A DNA stretch of 64,000 nt from Centroscyllium fabricii (Eukaryota), in contig JBNRSN020000003.1 in NCBI GenBank assembly GCA_051313645.2, positions 501,456,001-501,520,000 on the forward strand. The letters are read 5' to 3'. Shown piece after piece: positions 60,299-64,000 of this stretch; the stretch's first letter is position 1; every line of letters begins with the position of its first letter. The notes beneath the pieces were generated by a model. It saw nothing but the letters and a program-made list of their open reading frames with translations. It searched no databases and had not been told where the DNA came from. A program made the position numbers and the translations under genes.

Positions 60299-61009
60299 TA
60301 CAAACAGCAGCCATTTTGCACCAGCACTGTTCCATAAAACAGCCCGATAATCCGCCTTTGGGCAGTGTTGGTTGAGTAAAGAATGTTAGCCAGGACACAG
60401 GGAGAAACCAGCTTGTCTTCTCTGAATAGCGTTGTAGGATCTTTAACATTAGAAGAAGAATAGAAATTACATAGAAGTTATACTCACCAGGAATACCAGA
60501 ACAGGCAGCCAGGACCTTAGTTAAACATCTGATTTGAAGGATTAACATTTGACAACGCTACGTTTGTTAATACGATATTTGAAAAATCTAATTCTTGTGC
60601 ATGAATTTTGACACAATCAGATGGGTAAGAGTGGAACAAAGTAAGAGTAGTCCTGCCAAGCTGGACAATGGAGGAGAGACATTAGAGGAGGATTGACTGT
60701 GTCGAGGGCAACATAGAGATTGAGGAGGGATAATACGTCACAGGCACAGAAAATATGACTTGGATTAGGGCTGTTTTGGTTCTGCTCGAAGGGTCGAAAC
60801 CTAATTGGAGGAATTGAAATGGAGAACTGGGAGAGGTGGATCTGGGAAGCGAATGCTTCAAGGACCATGGAGAGGAAAGGAAGGTTGAAAATGGCACTGC
60901 AGTTAGTAAGGACAGAGGGGTCGGAAGTGTTTTTTTAGAGGAGTGCTGTAGTAATAGTAGTTCTGAAAGGGAGTGGGAAGGTGCCTGAGGCTAAGATACT
61001 TTTTCTGAA

Positions 61010-62000
61010 TGTGGTAAACCGTTATTATTGTTTACCACCAATCTGTACTGTATATAGTTATCCTCTGTATTGTACATAGTTCACTGTATTGTACATGGTC
61101 ACCTCTTGTCTAGTTATCCTCTGATTTGTACATAGTTCACTGCATAGTACATGGTCACCTCTTGTCTAGTTATCCTCTGTATTGTACATAGTTCACTCTT
61201 GTCTAGTTATCCTCTGTATTGTACATAGTTCACTGTATTGTACATGGTCACCTCTTGTCTAGTTATCCTCTGTATTGTACATAGTTCACTGTATTGTACA
61301 TGGTCACCTCTTGTCTAGTTATCCTCTGTATTGTACATAGTTCACTCTTGTCTAGTTATCCTCTGTATTGTACATAGTTCACTGTATTGTACATGGTCAT
61401 CTCTTGTCTAGTTATCCTCTGTATTGTACATAGTTCACTGTATTGTACATGGTCACCTCTTGTCTAGTTATCCTCTGTATTGTACATAGTTCACTCTTGT
61501 CTAGTTATCCTCTGTATTGTACATAGTTCACTGTATTGTACATGGTCATCTCTTGTCTAGTTACCCTCTGTATTGTACATAGTTCACTGTATTGTACATG
61601 GTCACCTCTTGTCTAGTTATCCTCTGTATTGTACATAGTTCACTCTTGTCTAGTTATCCTCTGTATTGTACATAGTTCACTGTATTGTACATGGTCATCT
61701 CTTGTCTAGTTACCCTCTGTATTGTACATAGTTCACTGTATTGTACATGGTCATCTCTTGTCTAGTTATCCTCTGTATTGTACATAGTTCACTGCATAGT
61801 ACATGGTCACCTCTTGTCTACCTGGGATGCCTCAGCCGGCCCCTCCTCCTGGCTCCACCCACATACTCGGGTATAAAGGTGGCAGCCATGTTGACCGCAT
61901 GGCATTTCCAGGACCAAGTACTCCAGTTCTTGCCAATAAAAGCCTCAGTTACCTTTCTCCAAGACTCACAGTAATTGATTGTGCATCAATTTTATTGGCA
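61010..62000 (+). mobile_element. Orphan LTR of the YLDN lineage with expanded U3 and a self-complementary PBS-position sequence
   Basis: TGTGGTAA...CATCA (61010-61988); TATAAA at ~61873; TGCCAATAAAA (61931-61941) is complementary to TTTTATTGGCA (61990-62000). Confidence 0.8.
61057..61820 (+). repeat. Minisatellite of 56-bp and 37-bp units with a 149-bp higher-order period
   Basis: Unit starts at 61057, 61113, 61169, 61206, 61262, 61318, 61355, 61411, 61467, 61504, 61560, 61616, 61653, 61709 and 61765. Confidence 0.95.
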
Positions 62001-62004
62001 CCAT

Positions 62005-62357
62005 TTTGAGGGGTTTTGCTAGAGTAAATAGGGTGAAATTGTTTCTATTGGCAAGAGGGTCTGTAACCAGAGGACACAGATTTAAGTTAATTGGCAAAAA
62101 CTCCAGTGGGGAAATGAGGAGAATTTTTAATTTACACCACGAGTTGTTATGATGTGGAATGCGCTGCCCGAAACGGTGGTGGAAGCAGATTCAATTGTAG
62201 CTTTGGAAAGGGAATTGGATATATACTTAAAAAGGAAAATAAACTACTGGGCTATGGGGAAAGAGCAGGGGATTGGGAATAATTGAATAGCTCTTTTAAA
62301 GAGCCGGCACAGACACGATGGGCTGAATGGCTGCCTTTTATGCTGTATGATTCTATA
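62005..62357 (+). mobile_element. Old CR1 3' fragment
   Basis: ACCAGAGGACACAGATTTAAG...TGGAATGCGCTGCC...GGGCTGAATGGCTGCCTTTTATGCTGTATGATTCTAT. Confidence 0.75.
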
Positions 62358-63295
62358 GGGAGCCACTTACAATATCAGCGAGTGTGGGTGAAGGAAGGGA
62401 AGTTGGGCAGTCAGCAGTTTAGTGGGAATGAGGTCAAGAAAGCAGGAACCAGATCTCATGGGTGAGATGAGCTTGGAGAGGGCATAGGTGGAGTTGGGGG
62501 GTGGAGAAAGGAGAGACACTAGAAAGAGCGATGGGATTTAGGGCTAGGGTAGGGGGACAACTGGGAGGGGAGGTTTGACTTGGTGGCTAGGGGGCAAAGG
62601 GGGGAGCAGCAGAGGCAGCTGAACGGATGGTGCGTATCTGGATGACAAAGAAATGCATGAGCTCCCCCACTTGTTAGAGAAGAGGATGGAGGGGGCAGGA
62701 GAGCAGGGTTTAAGGAGGTGATCATCATGGAACAGTGAACAGCTTTGACAGAAGAGAGAGGCCCAGGAGAGCTTGATGTGGTTGAGCCAGATCTCGTGAA
62801 GCATCGCTTGGCCAGTGGTGCATCAGATAAACTTTTGTTTGTGCTCCTTGAATTTGAAGAAACAAAGTGGGAACCAGACCACAGGGATCAACTGGGATGG
62901 AAGATGAGGCATTCCTCCATGGACCCAGAAGACATTGATTTTAACATGGAGATGTGAATTGGCCCTGATGTGACTTTGGCTGGGAGAGAGGTGGGGAGTC
63001 CTGTACAGAGTGCATCCACTATCCGTGTTGATTTTTCTGTGCAGCAGATGCTCCACAGGAGCCTCAAGCCTAATGTCACCAGAGTGCACATGCTTCACTT
63101 ACTTTTCATTGAAATGAATGTTATCCTGTCTCTGCAATGGAAACCTTCAACCAGCAAATTTGTCCAGTTACAGAGACAGTGAAAGCACAGAGTATAACAT
63201 CTAATGGGGTAATTAAGTACTTTTATAGGAAAGTGTTTACCCATACAGTCTGCTTTAATGGACCTTGGCATAAATTGTTCGAAAGTTACAAATAT

Positions 63296-64000
63296 TGGCG
63301 CAGAATTTGCGGTTGTAATGGCAGCGAAACTGTCAGCGTTTATTGTCATTACAACTGTGAAACTGACAGCAACTTCTGGCATCCGCACTTGCGTAGTTAA
63401 ATGTGGAAGTCCAGAAGTTACTGTCAGTCATTCCCTGATCCTCCACAGGGTGCATTGTTGAACCCCCACAGCGGGCAATCAGTTGAAATCACTGAACTGA
63501 TGAGAACTTCAACTTTTACACTCCACTATTGCTGTTAACCCCCCCACCCCTCAAATGGTTAAGCCCTGTTCACTGAGGTGTAACTGGGTTTTTAATTTCC
63601 TACTGAGTCATAACTACTGCTGAACAACCGTTTTGGCCCTGAAAAACTAATTTTATATTTGCGGAAGGTCACATTTTCCCATTATGATAAAAATTCCATG
63701 GATTTTAAGATATTTTTTTTTTTTGTTTATGATATTTCAGCTTTTACCTTAATCCCATGTGTATGTCCCAATCTTTATTTTGCTCTCTGTAAAATTATTT
63801 AAAAAGTGAAGGATAATCAGTACATTTTGCTTCCTGGCTTGCTGTCTGTGAGAATTCTTCAATGTGATTGGCTGCTAAGCCAGCTTGATCACATCACTGT
63901 TGCTGGACGTTGGAGATCCCCTACAGGGGATGCCAGAGTGAAATTAACATTGGGAGAAGTGAAATAGATGCTACAGAGATCGCTAGACCTTTGTGGGCAG
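63296..64000. mobile_element. Possible Harbinger-like non-autonomous element running off the window end
   Basis: Begins GGCGCAGAATTTGC, resembling the TIRs of other MITEs here; the other end is not visible. Confidence 0.3.

Larger units (their letters stand above)
60610..62790 (-). mobile_element. Old L2 LINE fragments (60610-60990 and 62360-62790)
   Basis: Purine-rich plus strand; minus translation LSLLNLYVALDTV resembles the L2 RT motif LLDLSAAFDTV; interrupted by the LTR/CR1 block. Confidence 0.55.

Noticed and set aside
61057-61820. CRISPR-like array
   Set aside because: There are no unique spacers and no cas genes, and the context is eukaryotic; it is a tandem minisatellite within an LTR.

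Overview
Eukaryotic, transposon-saturated DNA. An HE1-type V-SINE, CR1/Rex1/L2 LINEs and Penelope fragments point to a cartilaginous fish (shark-like); no host gene could be supported. The window holds seven LTR-bounded Ty3/Gypsy insertions (labelled A-G here), two solo LTRs and one orphan LTR, each nested inside another transposon. They belong to three lineages: (i) CsRn1-like (A, B, E: tRNA-Trp PBS, 4-bp TSD, CHCC Gag motif in B); (ii) a Mag-like element (G); (iii) an unusual lineage (C, D, F and LTR remnants) with a YLDN reverse-transcriptase motif and no tRNA PBS. In lineage (iii), the 11-13 nt just after the 5' LTR are the exact reverse complement of that LTR's own poly(A)-signal segment, with compensatory changes across four different LTR sequences. 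This is the best candidate for an undescribed system: tRNA-independent self-priming and/or masking of the 5'-LTR poly(A) signal. Also present: a young CR1 with an intact 967-aa ORF2, a Harbinger element with a spliced Myb/SANT remnant, Harbinger- and Tc1/Tigger-like MITEs, Penelope hammerhead ribozyme motifs, a non-coding Rex1-tailed retroposon and a 149-bp higher-order tandem array inside an LTR. All coordinates and identities were read by eye; no database searches were run.
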